Source: Giardia intestinalis
Taxonomy: Eukaryota
Length of the DNA: 64,000 nt
Reading direction: 5' to 3' (one strand)
Assembly (NCBI GenBank): GCA_000002435.2
Contig: CM018791.1
Position numbers and translations under genes: made by a program. The notes under the pieces were generated by a model that searched no databases, was not told the DNA's origin, and was given only the letters and a program-made list of their open reading frames with translations. Every line of letters starts with the position of its first letter. The stretch's first letter is position 1. This document shows, one piece after another, positions 44,801-55,147 of this stretch.

Positions 44801-47800
44801 TGCAGCAGTCAACTTGCGACAGAATCTTCTAACAACGAGCACCAGGACCCCAGCGAGTGTCCTGATCCATTTGCCTCTGATTTTATTGACCCAGCGTCAT
44901 TTATTACTCTGTCTGTTGGAGATACCAGCAGCTCATCTCACCCTATTAACTCTGCTAATTCCTTAGTCCAGCTCTTTAGCCCATTCCAACACCATGGAGA
45001 CTATACCAATCAGTCGGCTCTAGTTTATGCCATACTTACTCTTAGATTTCTGACCACCTTTATGGGAGGGTCTCTCGCTCTTCAAGAAGCTATTCGCCTC
45101 TACACCATCGCGGCCAGCTACTGCATGATTAGCTCCATACCTCCTCTCAAATGCTCAGTCAACCTAGCAGAAGTCAACTCAGATTCAAATGCACTGCTGG
45201 ATGAGACCATGACCTTGTGTGGTTCCAAGTCGTCTATCCTTTTGATTAATGAGCATAATCGTCACCTCGGCTTTTCAGAATCAGCCCAGGCTCTAAGTCT
45301 TGTCGATCATTTTAATGAAGACATACTTCATGGAGGATACAAGGCGACCATAAACAATACATTTACTCCGCTTTCTCCATTTTTGCTCTCCAAGGAGTAC
45401 TGTCCATCAGTTGTTCAAGACTCATATATTCACACAAACCTACGCAGTCTTCAGTATATCAGATGGTTGAGCGGCTCAAACTCTTTCCGGCCGCACACAT
45501 TTGAAGAATCAGACTCTGCGGGATACGACTCTGCCGTGGCTTATATCAAGGACTCTGCAAACATCACTGACCAGGTATCTCAGGCCTTCCTGCTGGAGGG
45601 TTCCATGAGAAGAAAGATAGAATCGTGGCCACACTATGGGGTATCTTATCGAGTCTGTCCAAATTACGACGCAAGCGTCAATGGCACAGCGCTGCCCAGT
45701 GCTAAAATGGTTATTTGGAGTAAGGACGACATCCCCACTGATTACATGTCTTCAAAGCTATTGGCCGATAGCGTATTCAACAGGGGAAAGTACGTCACAA
45801 TTCCATATGGATCTGAGTCCTATGGTTCCGTCAATCCTCACGAACTCGGGGCCGCTGCTAACGAATCCAAACAGTCAGCAAAGGCCTCTAGTGCCGAGCA
45901 TGATAAGAAAAAGGACAGTAAGGCCAAAAATATGGACGCAGATCGAGAGCTTGATTCTCTAGCAGACACCCTTTCTCTTATTAAGCAGATACAATTAAAT
46001 CCAGCCTATCCATGCGACGCATCCGCTTTCACCGCACTTTACACATCTACAGATAGACCCGTTACAATCAAGTATCACTTTATGGCCACAACGGGCCAGG
46101 AAGCCTCCATGCATCATATCGAAGAAGAGCAGATATGCTTTGGCATGCTAAGGGTATACATCAACGCCTTGCTACGGATCCTCATAGAGTGGATTGCGAT
46201 TTATGCGCCTTCCCTTCTGTGCTATTACGATGTGAGTCTGTCCGCCACTGCAGCGTCGGCCCCTCCCGACAACACTCGTTTCTGCCCCTTCGGGTTCAAT
46301 CGGTTTGTAAGCTCTGCGCTTCTCGAAGATGAAGCCGAGTATGCCGCGGGGACTCTACTCAAAAAGGACCTTGTGTCAGAAAGTATTGCATCTAAAGATC
46401 GAGCCAACACTCCCACGATCTTATGCTCTCCTTTTTTGGCAAGCAGCCTCAAGGAAGATCTTTCTGCCGGAAAAGAATGCCCTTGGCAACAGGATAGTCA
46501 ACCTGCTATGTCTTTGGCGCAGTATTTCAGTGAAGCCGATCAAGCCGGCAGTGCAGACGATGTCCAGACGCGTATCGGCCGCAAATCTCTGTATTCAGAC
46601 CAATTTCTGTCTGACCATGCGAGCGTCTTAGCGTCCTATAGGAAGATAGAGAGCGCCATGGCCACAGATAAGATCTTATCGGCAACAGATATTGTGAATA
46701 GCACAGACAGGTCCCTCCGCTTCCTTGCATATCCATACATTGTGTTCCCAGTCAATAACACAACGCATTATTCACGCATTTACTCAAAGGACCGCTTCCA
46801 GGAGAGTGACTGGTCGCAACTTAGTCCACCGCCGCCACGCATACACACAACCCTTCAGTTCTTTATTTGTCAGGTGTACACTGGTTCTGATGTCCTTTTT
46901 AGCTTGTTTACAGAACCACTTATCACAGTCCCCCTACTGGCCAGAACAATGCAAAACTTGCTGAGCCGGGCCATGCTGGCTGAACAGCGGGCATCCTATG
47001 TTTGGCGAACAATTTGCCCAGATTCGCACTTTACAAACTGCGACCAGAGCTATATGTGCATGTCTTCATGGGACAAGAAAGTCTTAACCCCAAAAGCAAT
47101 TCTGCAGGACTTTAAACGGCGCAACAATGACCTTATTCAGGGGCTTGACCCGGAGCTTTGGCCCATCACACTAGACCCCTCCCATATGCACCTAGGGAGA
47201 CTAGTATATCCGAGCTATTACCGTGCTTCAAGCAATCTCGAGGACCAGGCAGCTCTTTTCAATCGCTGGGGATCAGGGATGATAAGCACATTGATATCGT
47301 CCGGTACGCGGAACCTGCAGAACGAGCCTCAATCCACTCTCCTAATTAACTTTATTCCGCGGATCAATCCCTATCGTATTTCTCACGAGTTCTTGCAAAA
47401 GAGCCAGCTAATTGTACCAGGGATTATATCCCCCAGTTATGCTACTGCAGAGTTAGTCCGTTTGTACCGAACATACTTCTTCAGTATGGACGAGGAGTTT
47501 GTAAGATTGGTCCTCTGCAGGTCCAGCATGCTTTTTTCCTGCATCACTACAGGCTTTACCACGAAAACAAATCAGTCCGTATACGATCTGTGCGGATCAA
47601 ATCCTGTCTCGGAAGACATCTACTACTTCGCGACTCTAGGCTATAAGCATCTGCAAAACGCGGTTAATACAAAACAGTACACATATCCAGCGCCAATTTC
47701 CCTGTTGGACATAGAGCAGGTCATCTCTGGAATAGAGCTAACGTACAGTTCCTACGTTAGCAATCAGAAGTACTCAGAGTATCATTACACTGATGAAGAG

Positions 47801-50083
47801 AGAAAGTCCCTACTTGAGAAAATCTCGCTCTTTGAGTTAGACCATAAAGGAATCGTCAAAAAGACAGAAGCCTTGCTCTCTGGAAATGTGTTCTTCCACT
47901 CCTACGATCTAGTGATGAAGTCTTCATTGCAAGACATCAGTTCCTTACGGCGTCATGCTTTTATGCCGTGTGTAACGCCGCGCTCCTACAAATTCTTGCT
48001 AAATCTTTTGATGATTGATACAGATGAAGATTTAGATGAGCCTGGATTCCGTAACACAAACAGTGCAACGCTCATCGGCAGCTTGGGCTCTCTAACTGCA
48101 GATGGCTGTAAAAACGTTCTTCTTTTCGAAATTATTCCTGCAATGCTCCTCAACCACGAGTCTGGGGATTGGGCGCATTCCAGCATTGATCCCGAGAAAC
48201 CTGTCTACAAAATGATATGCTCTGACATCTACATTATCCTGAGGCTTGTGTCTATCATCTGCACCCGTATCGAGTTCTGTTTGCAGATCCTTGAGCGCGT
48301 GCCGAGCGACTGCAGGCAGGTAGGGAAATATGGAACCCGCTCAATGACTCCATTTCCTCTGTCGCAGTACAATGGTCGCTGCGCCGCTGGCACGCTATTC
48401 GGCTATGATGACCTTGATTACTCCACCCCGTGTGGGAACCGTATCTTTTACTCAAGCAATCAGTACTTTCAGCTCTCTGATACCTATAGCCTGTCCAGAT
48501 GCCGATGCGGCGCAATTCGATGCCCTTATTGCGGTGGGCTGGGCTCCAATATGGGCCTTATAAGCGGAAGTTACTTGCCCGGAGGGACTTCTCAATACGT
48601 TGAGTTACAGTCGGGCTCCAGCAACGGAATATTCTCCTCCAAAATTCGTACATCCGGTGCGTGTGCAGAAGATAAGGAGGCGTGCCCTGACACGTATGGT
48701 TTGCCTAGTTGCTTGCATGACAACTACTCAGAAGACGAGTGTCTGTTGAATACGTCCAATAGCAAGACCTATCACTGCTATCCGGTGACACAAACACTCT
48801 TGTACAAACTTCAACCAGCCCTTCCACTTCCCTTCAATCTGTTAGAGACGCTTAGTGTGCTACCTCAGACGACCTCTCTGCCAGACCATAACGGAATGGT
48901 ACAAGATATCTCTGCGCGAGCCTCGGCCGGTTCCAAGCAGACGCGTGGATATAAGGGAACATACCAATCGCACAGATGGGCCAAACAGGATTATTCCGGG
49001 GACTTTATTAATGAGGAGGGTAAAAGCACGAAAGCTGGTGCACAACAGCTCCTTGAAAGGGCCAAGCTTCTCTGTCAGCAGCCTGCCATCTGCGCAGGAG
49101 AAGGCTACCCTGTCGGCAACTATGGTGAACGCCTTGTTGACCTTGTTCATCACCTCCCTCCCTTGGATGCGTATACATTTCGAGCTCTTTCTACTTCGAG
49201 CGAGTACGCTACGAATCGGTTTGTGCAGGAATATCTAAATAGCTCTCTTGGACACGAAAGCGTATGCGTGAGTTCTGCCGAAAAGGACTACAATCCTGAC
49301 ACGGCTATCTCTTCCACAGTCGTGCTGAATGAAGACATGTACACACCACCTGCAACAGACTTGTGCAGTTACTTTCAGGGGCATCGCTACGCTAGGATTC
49401 TAGACTGCGATGAAATCAGCGACCCTGTTCTCACATATTTGTTCGACCCCAATATCTTTTCCCATGTCTATCTGTACCAGCCTCCTCCCGACTTCGACAG
49501 TTTACCAGCTGATGAGGTATTCAAGGAGCTAAGGGATAGGCAATTTCAAAAGTATCATCGCGACAGTCTATGGCCACTTGAACAACATATCTTACCTTCA
49601 CACATCCAAAAGAGGCCAGGGACTCTCCCCACTAGCGCCGACTTTCGGGGGGAGCTTCTCTTTCTACTGCGTCTTATGCAAATGCATGTCCACCAGACCA
49701 AGGAGGGCGTTCTGTCGTCAGAGTTTACTCCATACATGTACGGGTTGCTTGGGCTTTATGCCTACCCTCTTCTCAACCTTCGGAGGCCGATAACGACACT
49801 CTTGCGACGCTTGGAGTCTTTTTGCGCCCGCATAGGCACGACAAGCATGAACATCAACTATCTCTCGCTGTACCGCCCCTCGAAGACTAACATTCAATCT
49901 CCGCGTTCCACAATTCTCTTTCTCTTTCTTGTCTTCGCAACGCGTTTGCCCTCCCCTTATGGAAACCTCCTTCCGCTTTCCTTGCCCTCAACAGCATCGC
50001 CCTCGGACGAGCTCATGATCATCGTCGAGAACACCGGAGGACTGGCCCGGTTCTCCGGTATCACCAACACCGACAGTAAATAA
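41891..50083 (+). CDS. Giant hypothetical protein (2730 aa), no recognisable domain; C-terminal Cys cluster (CGNRIFY...CRCGAIRCPYCGG)
   Basis: 8.2-kb uninterrupted ORF from an ATG. Its TAA stop is overlapped by the AGTAAAT poly(A) signal at 50075..50081. Confidence 0.88.
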   Translation: MPPIVVPLAMTSSQGDQQVFSLRTLHRVAEHGSFLTYDFSDDADSVIAGLEASCPDSFANQTIPTLSSDQCDMLNDYLDLCNTIHAQSSVFHEVHSASDDLQSNIDYAMFLLTKGTETAPILRTILPKLQDTVGNSAGNCSDVEPAEINVSYDQMPLSVRNYLFSPYLFVHTSKVAFKVTDKKMSTWFVTTGPPQLVQATLTSIVRPDGVTITNTDEQYLTLFSSLTDLDTVIYASIDSMYSELIVDLPMCPDYFLVAYLQPIFIPHDSVITGDSSGASITPVNLMETGITFQLRNNWVDINNFLAPGLSTCAFPTVLSDEDAATLEWVVTKMNQIKWSSTISQTPKTKTTSATVTEIYEEYVSLMKAERNEAYAAEMSRLVMSYIDGVIDFNPLLFGLVCLSFISSKLIYVLLKYINLVFDPPLGLLRSLGLPEAFPVLHNLTSVTDCIYGIDYVYSNIIDDKERLEQTTRPLSVLKNNRPGHSLQYNKHYRTYYSSFFLPTYQNFTRTQSLSVPLYNIFARDVVSTKQRRFIPLNELSLMEGKAPHDIIYVDGTRPIKFIKDGNGIQLVEISIRDRTDTNIPIRVPHDLYQNVVNMVDRSASTEQCRAELQRIIEGQFKLSKQLNGERNYNSTRAITYQKRQKAAKQSATDEEGHSDNSLNSTTSPTCLTASLDHGKISSTKKVTQDSSFIPILCEPRDTAVLLSGATDISTTMVGPICHACFNAQAASSNILGVIQTMIDESIFTYQDVLGATPPSLVHFDGRKDTTNNPAQTEVICDDSTDPTSLVTKTTDDKLELVVDDQKLYSYRDIAIVRASCNPSVTVTDLDSYRDICIQFSLMIERSRLCVYFPSFTYHDYISLGLYNNKLHYLHTNSGFHLGFLRFLFDSAFTTEIDRFSGNSLGTSTTQSSSHAFCVTDDLIRLVQASDCENYAPVLIDLFNKFVLLNTYFISRNISFINPVFSILDATCSSQLATESSNNEHQDPSECPDPFASDFIDPASFITLSVGDTSSSSHPINSANSLVQLFSPFQHHGDYTNQSALVYAILTLRFLTTFMGGSLALQEAIRLYTIAASYCMISSIPPLKCSVNLAEVNSDSNALLDETMTLCGSKSSILLINEHNRHLGFSESAQALSLVDHFNEDILHGGYKATINNTFTPLSPFLLSKEYCPSVVQDSYIHTNLRSLQYIRWLSGSNSFRPHTFEESDSAGYDSAVAYIKDSANITDQVSQAFLLEGSMRRKIESWPHYGVSYRVCPNYDASVNGTALPSAKMVIWSKDDIPTDYMSSKLLADSVFNRGKYVTIPYGSESYGSVNPHELGAAANESKQSAKASSAEHDKKKDSKAKNMDADRELDSLADTLSLIKQIQLNPAYPCDASAFTALYTSTDRPVTIKYHFMATTGQEASMHHIEEEQICFGMLRVYINALLRILIEWIAIYAPSLLCYYDVSLSATAASAPPDNTRFCPFGFNRFVSSALLEDEAEYAAGTLLKKDLVSESIASKDRANTPTILCSPFLASSLKEDLSAGKECPWQQDSQPAMSLAQYFSEADQAGSADDVQTRIGRKSLYSDQFLSDHASVLASYRKIESAMATDKILSATDIVNSTDRSLRFLAYPYIVFPVNNTTHYSRIYSKDRFQESDWSQLSPPPPRIHTTLQFFICQVYTGSDVLFSLFTEPLITVPLLARTMQNLLSRAMLAEQRASYVWRTICPDSHFTNCDQSYMCMSSWDKKVLTPKAILQDFKRRNNDLIQGLDPELWPITLDPSHMHLGRLVYPSYYRASSNLEDQAALFNRWGSGMISTLISSGTRNLQNEPQSTLLINFIPRINPYRISHEFLQKSQLIVPGIISPSYATAELVRLYRTYFFSMDEEFVRLVLCRSSMLFSCITTGFTTKTNQSVYDLCGSNPVSEDIYYFATLGYKHLQNAVNTKQYTYPAPISLLDIEQVISGIELTYSSYVSNQKYSEYHYTDEERKSLLEKISLFELDHKGIVKKTEALLSGNVFFHSYDLVMKSSLQDISSLRRHAFMPCVTPRSYKFLLNLLMIDTDEDLDEPGFRNTNSATLIGSLGSLTADGCKNVLLFEIIPAMLLNHESGDWAHSSIDPEKPVYKMICSDIYIILRLVSIICTRIEFCLQILERVPSDCRQVGKYGTRSMTPFPLSQYNGRCAAGTLFGYDDLDYSTPCGNRIFYSSNQYFQLSDTYSLSRCRCGAIRCPYCGGLGSNMGLISGSYLPGGTSQYVELQSGSSNGIFSSKIRTSGACAEDKEACPDTYGLPSCLHDNYSEDECLLNTSNSKTYHCYPVTQTLLYKLQPALPLPFNLLETLSVLPQTTSLPDHNGMVQDISARASAGSKQTRGYKGTYQSHRWAKQDYSGDFINEEGKSTKAGAQQLLERAKLLCQQPAICAGEGYPVGNYGERLVDLVHHLPPLDAYTFRALSTSSEYATNRFVQEYLNSSLGHESVCVSSAEKDYNPDTAISSTVVLNEDMYTPPATDLCSYFQGHRYARILDCDEISDPVLTYLFDPNIFSHVYLYQPPPDFDSLPADEVFKELRDRQFQKYHRDSLWPLEQHILPSHIQKRPGTLPTSADFRGELLFLLRLMQMHVHQTKEGVLSSEFTPYMYGLLGLYAYPLLNLRRPITTLLRRLESFCARIGTTSMNINYLSLYRPSKTNIQSPRSTILFLFLVFATRLPSPYGNLLPLSLPSTASPSDELMIIVENTGGLARFSGITNTDSK
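50075..50081 (+). terminator. Giardia polyadenylation signal AGTAAAT (AGTRAAY) overlapping the TAA stop of the 2730-aa gene
   Basis: cgacAGTAAATaacg; the convergent HCMP gene has its own AGTGAAC signal on the - strand at 50096..50102, directly after its TAG stop. Confidence 0.7.
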
Positions 50084-50103
50084 CGCACACAAAACGTTCA
50101 CTA

Positions 50104-51705
50104 CTACAGTTGACTCGTGAACCCACTGATTCCAGACTGAACAGAGAGGCTGTCACCATCCGAGAGGCGGATAGCTTTGCCACGCTTTGGCTTGCTGCCA
50201 CCGCCGCCGCCGAAACAATTGCCTCCATTCTTCTTGTGGCAGAGGAACCACCAGCAGAGGAATCCGGCAACAGCTCCAATGATCAGTAGTGGCACTATAA
50301 CAGAGGTTGCCACCAGGCCGGACTTGAGAGTACAGGTCGCGCCGTTTCCTGTGTAGCTACCACCACATTGACAGGAGTAATTGCCCGACGCGGTGTTAAG
50401 CACACAGTCCCCTCTTCCGCTGCAGACGACCCCCTTTTGAACACATCCAAGTGGATAGCAATTCCCGTCCTGTGCCCGGATGGACCCGAAGTGGCACCTG
50501 CACTTCCAGAGTCCGTCCACGCCATAGCGGCAATCCCCTCTGTTGTTGCAAACGGTCTTAATGCGTCCATCGCCTGTAATCACACATTTATTATGCGTCT
50601 CATCATTAGGTACACAGGCTCCATCTATGTTCATGGAGTTCCTATTGCATGAGCAACCCCACTCACCATATTCATTTTCTACGCAGACTCCAGCGCCATT
50701 ACAAACATAGACACCTGTGAGACACTCATCGGGAACACAGACGACACCTGCGTCACCTGGTCCTGCCGGGCGCTCGCTGTATGGATAATTGCAGGACTCA
50801 CAAAGCGGTCCTGAATATGCGCCTGGGCACGCACACATACCAGCTTCCTCCCCTTCAGAGATGCAAGTACCATTGTTCATACACTCACCGCCATTGGTAC
50901 ATAGAGGGGAGGAGCAGTCTTCTCCTGTGTAACCATCATTACAAAGGCACCTATACCCCAACATCCCAATACACTGGCCATTGCCGCTGCATAAACTGTC
51001 CTCAGTTCCTCCCCAATATCCACAATTAGCTATTCCACAATCTGATCCCGCGAAAGAAAGATGCGGGCATGTGCATATTCCAGTATCCGTATTACATGTT
51101 CCTCCATTAGCACAGTCTCTGTTACCAGCACATATAAAGGAGTCGCATGCCTCCCCACTAAACCCTGGCCGGCATCTGCAGCCAAAAATTTGCCCCAGCC
51201 TAGGCGGCGTTCCCGGGAGCACAGTACATTCTCCTCCACCAAAGCACAAGTATGGATTGTTCCTAGTTATATTTTCACGCCCGCACGTGTCGTAGTAGCA
51301 ATCGCGTCCGCTATAGCCATGGAAGCAATTGCAATGACCACGATAGGTGTGATCGTCGTCAAGAATACACTGGCCTCTGCCGTGACACACTGAGTCAGAC
51401 TTGCATGTGAAGGCCTCACAGAACGGGCCCGAAAATCCAGATCTACAAGAGCATTCAAACAGGCCATGGCCCGTCTCCACACACTCACCGCCCATGCTGC
51501 AGTACACGAGATGAGTACTGAAACGCGTCTGTATTAATTCAGCGTGACACAAGTTCTTGCCCTCACAATTGTCACCCAAAACTCCATCAAAACAGACACA
51601 TTTGCCCCACAGACATCTACCCAATTGGTTGCAATCCTCATCTGTAGTGCACGTGCTCAGAAATATATCTACAAGGCCACATAGCAAAAGCAGCTGGGAA
51701 AGCAT
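50104..51705 (-). CDS. High-cysteine membrane protein (HCMP), EGF-like Cys-rich ectodomain, single C-terminal TM, short cytoplasmic tail (not CRGKA)
   Basis: Signal peptide MLSQLLLLCGLVDIFLSTC. Dense CXXC/CXC patterns (GxCxCxxGYxGxxC EGF-like spacing). TM SVIVPLLIIGAVAGFLCWWFLC followed by HKKNGG...; the TM resembles the VSP TM, as is typical for Giardia HCMPs. ATG in 'tttaaataATG'. Confidence 0.88.
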   Translation of the reverse strand: MLSQLLLLCGLVDIFLSTCTTDEDCNQLGRCLWGKCVCFDGVLGDNCEGKNLCHAELIQTRFSTHLVYCSMGGECVETGHGLFECSCRSGFSGPFCEAFTCKSDSVCHGRGQCILDDDHTYRGHCNCFHGYSGRDCYYDTCGRENITRNNPYLCFGGGECTVLPGTPPRLGQIFGCRCRPGFSGEACDSFICAGNRDCANGGTCNTDTGICTCPHLSFAGSDCGIANCGYWGGTEDSLCSGNGQCIGMLGYRCLCNDGYTGEDCSSPLCTNGGECMNNGTCISEGEEAGMCACPGAYSGPLCESCNYPYSERPAGPGDAGVVCVPDECLTGVYVCNGAGVCVENEYGEWGCSCNRNSMNIDGACVPNDETHNKCVITGDGRIKTVCNNRGDCRYGVDGLWKCRCHFGSIRAQDGNCYPLGCVQKGVVCSGRGDCVLNTASGNYSCQCGGSYTGNGATCTLKSGLVATSVIVPLLIIGAVAGFLCWWFLCHKKNGGNCFGGGGGSKPKRGKAIRLSDGDSLSVQSGISGFTSQL

Positions 51706-52048
51706 TATTTAAACCCTGGGCATAATTTTTTAGCCGGTGAAGGAGTTTGACCGAAAACACGGATTCACTCTGTTTTTGAGTTTAAACTACCTGTGAAGCG
51801 CCCGTCCATATGACCGTGAGTGCTTCATTGGGCATATTAGAATGAATACGTGAATATATGATATTCTGTGACTTGCCTGCAGAGTTATCTCAAGACCATT
51901 ACACGTATCATGTCACCAACTGTAACGGCAGCGCTTAGTACGTTGACCAGTAAACCGGTTTCCTTATAGTCTCTGCGCAGCACTGCTACTGGGTGACAAA
52001 ACTGCAACTCAGAATCATCTTTTGGGGAGGAGGGGCGCACTTGACGCG

Positions 52049-52696
52049 TTACTTTCCCAGTTGCCCTCGGGGAGGAACTCGTGTCATGGGCCATGGTCGC
52101 GTCTCCTTAGCAAAGCCCTTGCGAATGACTGCCGTGTGTTTACCCACGTGCACGTTGTGGGGCATGAAATGGATTAGATCTTCTTCACGGCGTCGCCTAA
52201 AGCTGCGGTTGGAGTGCAGAGCTGACCCGTAAAACTTCTTACGGATGTCGTCCTGCATTCTGTGCGTCTCCTGATGGAGTAACTCACCTGCCGTGGTAGA
52301 AGGGACGCTTTGACCATCCGAGACGCTCGATAGTCCTTCTTTTGCAGTGCTGCCTTGGTATGGCTTCCTCATAGCTAACTTTTCTGTCGATATATCTGGC
52401 TCAATAGGGTAGACAAGCGGGTCGAAGCGGCTCAGTTCATCGTTTAAAGGAATAACTGCGGTGGGAACAGGGGAGCTGATATCAGCTGATGCTATGGGCT
52501 CAGGAAGGGGTGGCTCCCCAAGCTTGTATACTTGTTCTAAGAGTTCGTTAGTCGTCGCGGATTCGCCGCTCAAAATTACCTCTAGACCCTTGGCTGATCT
52601 GTCTTTTGCTGCACTAAGTTCGTCTTGCAACCGGCGGACTTTTTCCCTATTAACCTCCCTGTGGATATGCCACGATTTATGAGTGTTCACCGACAT
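52049..52696 (-). CDS. Hypothetical protein (215 aa), basic C-terminal region
   Basis: ATG preceded by 'gaaaatttagttcgcg'; no recognised motif. Confidence 0.45.
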   Translation of the reverse strand: MSVNTHKSWHIHREVNREKVRRLQDELSAAKDRSAKGLEVILSGESATTNELLEQVYKLGEPPLPEPIASADISSPVPTAVIPLNDELSRFDPLVYPIEPDISTEKLAMRKPYQGSTAKEGLSSVSDGQSVPSTTAGELLHQETHRMQDDIRKKFYGSALHSNRSFRRRREEDLIHFMPHNVHVGKHTAVIRKGFAKETRPWPMTRVPPRGQLGK

Positions 52697-53018
52697 CGCG
52701 AACTAAATTTTCGGCAACGCTTGAAAAAGAAGAGAGGACTTCAGAACAATAATTCACTTGGATGCAATAAAGTAGAATCCTTGAGAATGGCTCTCTATCC
52801 CGCACTCGTTGCTGCCGCGTATTATTTTGAAGTATCCGTTTTCTCCCCACTCTTCTCCCCAAGAGTTACGAGCAATCCAGTAGTCCATATGAGTCTCATC
52901 TCTCGTTTCATCATCTCTAGAGGTATCTGTTCTATAGCCAAGAAGCTCAACTCCATGCGTTTCGGTTTAAGTGATAGGAGGGTTTTACAGATAGCGTCCA
53001 TAAGTACACACGGATATC

Positions 53019-55099
53019 TCATAAATGTGGGGGAGCCTTCATGTACGCAAAGTTAATTGTGCGGTTTTCTTCATCTGGGTCTTGGTGCTCTGGAAAGTCC
53101 GCCTCAGGCATTAGACCACTTTCAAGAGGTGCAGCGGGCAATGAGCTGGGTATTGAAACTTGCTGCAATGATGCTTTATTGTCTACTCCAGTAGCTTGTA
53201 GGGCTTTATATCTGCGCCCCAGTTCCAATAAAGCAGCCTTGAGCTTAGCGTTTTCTTCTTTGGTAGCTTTCGTATCGATCAACCACTCCGTCTCCATTTT
53301 TCGTAGGTCAACCAAGTCAAGCATTGTCTGCACAAAGTCCACTCCACGATCACAGTGTTCGCAAGGAAGTATCCTTACATCCGTGTTGTTAACACTCCGA
53401 AGAATGTCCCCATTTTCACTGGGTACAACCTTGACACCGCTGTACGTGGCTTTGTAATTTGAAAACTCAGTCTCCAAACTTAGAATCTGATTCTTTAGCT
53501 CGTCAATCTCCCTAGCGTGTGCTTCATCTAAAAAGTTTACCTGTGAAGAAGCGTCCACAGTTATCAGAGCCGAGAAGAGGGATTCGGCACTCTTGCCAAA
53601 CTCCCTCATGGCCTTTTCGCTGTTATGTTGGTGTATTTCCTTTTGCAGCCGTGCAATCTCTGCTTCTTTCTTGGTTAGCTCCTCGGCTAGCCCTTTTTCA
53701 TTGCTAACATATTCCTTGAGCTTCTCCGAAAGTCCCATGAGTTCTGCCTTTATATAATTTGCCTCAGATTCTGCTGCACCGGCCCGCCGACGCGCTTCAT
53801 TCAAAGCCTCTTCTAGTTCATGAATCCTGTCATTCAACTGTGCATTCTCTTGATCCTGTTTGTTCACGTCTTCCACAGCCTTCTGCATGGCCCCTCGAAT
53901 ATCACTCATTTCTACTAGATGCTTTTCTTCTTGTTTCTTTCCGGCAGCTATCAGAGAATCAAGTTCTTCCTGCAATGATGTAATCGTAGCATTAAGGGAT
54001 TGAACAAGGGTGTCCAAATCGGCTCGTTCCTTAATCATGCTCGTTGCGGCTTGATTCATATCCTGTATCCGAGTCTCGAGGGCGTGAATTCTTGCGACTT
54101 TCTGTTCAAGGTCCCTCTCTAGCTGCTCCGCTTTACACCTACCAGCAGCAATCTGCTCCTGCAGTTCGGCAGTAGCCTCTTTGTGTGTCATCTCAGTGTC
54201 CTTGACTAGCTGTTCAAGCCGTGCCATTTCTGTGAGGAGATTTTCAACTGAAATGCCTGCATATGGATCATTCAATACGTCCGTAACTATAGCGCATGAC
54301 TTGGTGAATATGCTTGGGGGGATGGCTGCCTCGATAGATGCATCAATCCCACGTCCAAGAGTGGCGGCAGCATGCTCCTGAGTCACAAGAACCTGTGCGT
54401 CAGTGACCAACTTAGTCTGTATTCGACTTTTGTAAAGAGGGTTTTCGCCTCTGGGCGGATATTCATAAGCCCGTGGCTCTGGCATATCTATATGGTTCAG
54501 CTCAGTCGAGTTAGGAGCGGATTTGATACTTTGCGGACTAATAAGATGTTCGTGAAGGGTCTCAGCTCTTCGCCGCGCCGCAAGCTTTTCTTCTTGGGAC
54601 AAGGGATGTGCATCCTTCACATCGTCAGCAGACATCTCCTTTCCTCGCTTGATTGCTGGACGTCTATCTTGTGGTGTGAACCCACGTCCTGGCATTGTAG
54701 ACTGCTTCAAAGATGGCTCCAGTTGAAGCTTCCTGGCACTCTTGTCTAAAGAACGCGCAGATGTAGATGCAGCTAAGGATCCTGGACCCATCGTAGCTGC
54801 AGTTTTGCTTGGAACTTGGCGAGTGGTACTAGAGGCAGGTCGATCTATGCCTACACGCGGCCTTATACCGGCTATACTAGTTCCTCGAAACACTGATCTG
54901 TCTGCCCGGTCAGCATTTGACACTGACCGTGTCAGCCCGGCGATAGGTATCCTAGAGGTGGCTCGAAGACCTGAGCGATTAACACTAGAAGTTGACATTG
55001 CAGACGACGGAGGATTAGACGCAGCAGCAGATCCAGATGCCTGCTTCGATTCAGTGTATCGTCTGTAGTCTAGCCCAACCTTCGTCTGCTGAGTGGCCA
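53019..55099 (-). CDS. Coiled-coil protein (~693 aa from first ATG MATQQTKV...; ORF-track start is TTG), S/T-rich N-terminal region then long heptad-repeat region
   Basis: Start context 'aaatttaccttttatattaatATGgcc'. Extended E/K/L/Q-rich coiled-coil segments (…LEQLVKDTEMTHKEATAELQEQIAAGRCKAEQLERDLEQKVARIHALETRIQDMNQ…). Confidence 0.75.
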
Positions 55100-55147
55100 T
55101 ATTAATATAAAAGGTAAAATTTAACGAACTGGGCAAAAGTGAAATAA
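55100..55147. promoter_or_regulatory. 48-bp AT-rich bidirectional promoter between divergent genes 53019..55099(-) and 55148..55975(+)
   Basis: attaatataaaaggtaaaatttaacgaactgggcaaaagtgaaataa between two ATGs. Confidence 0.55.
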
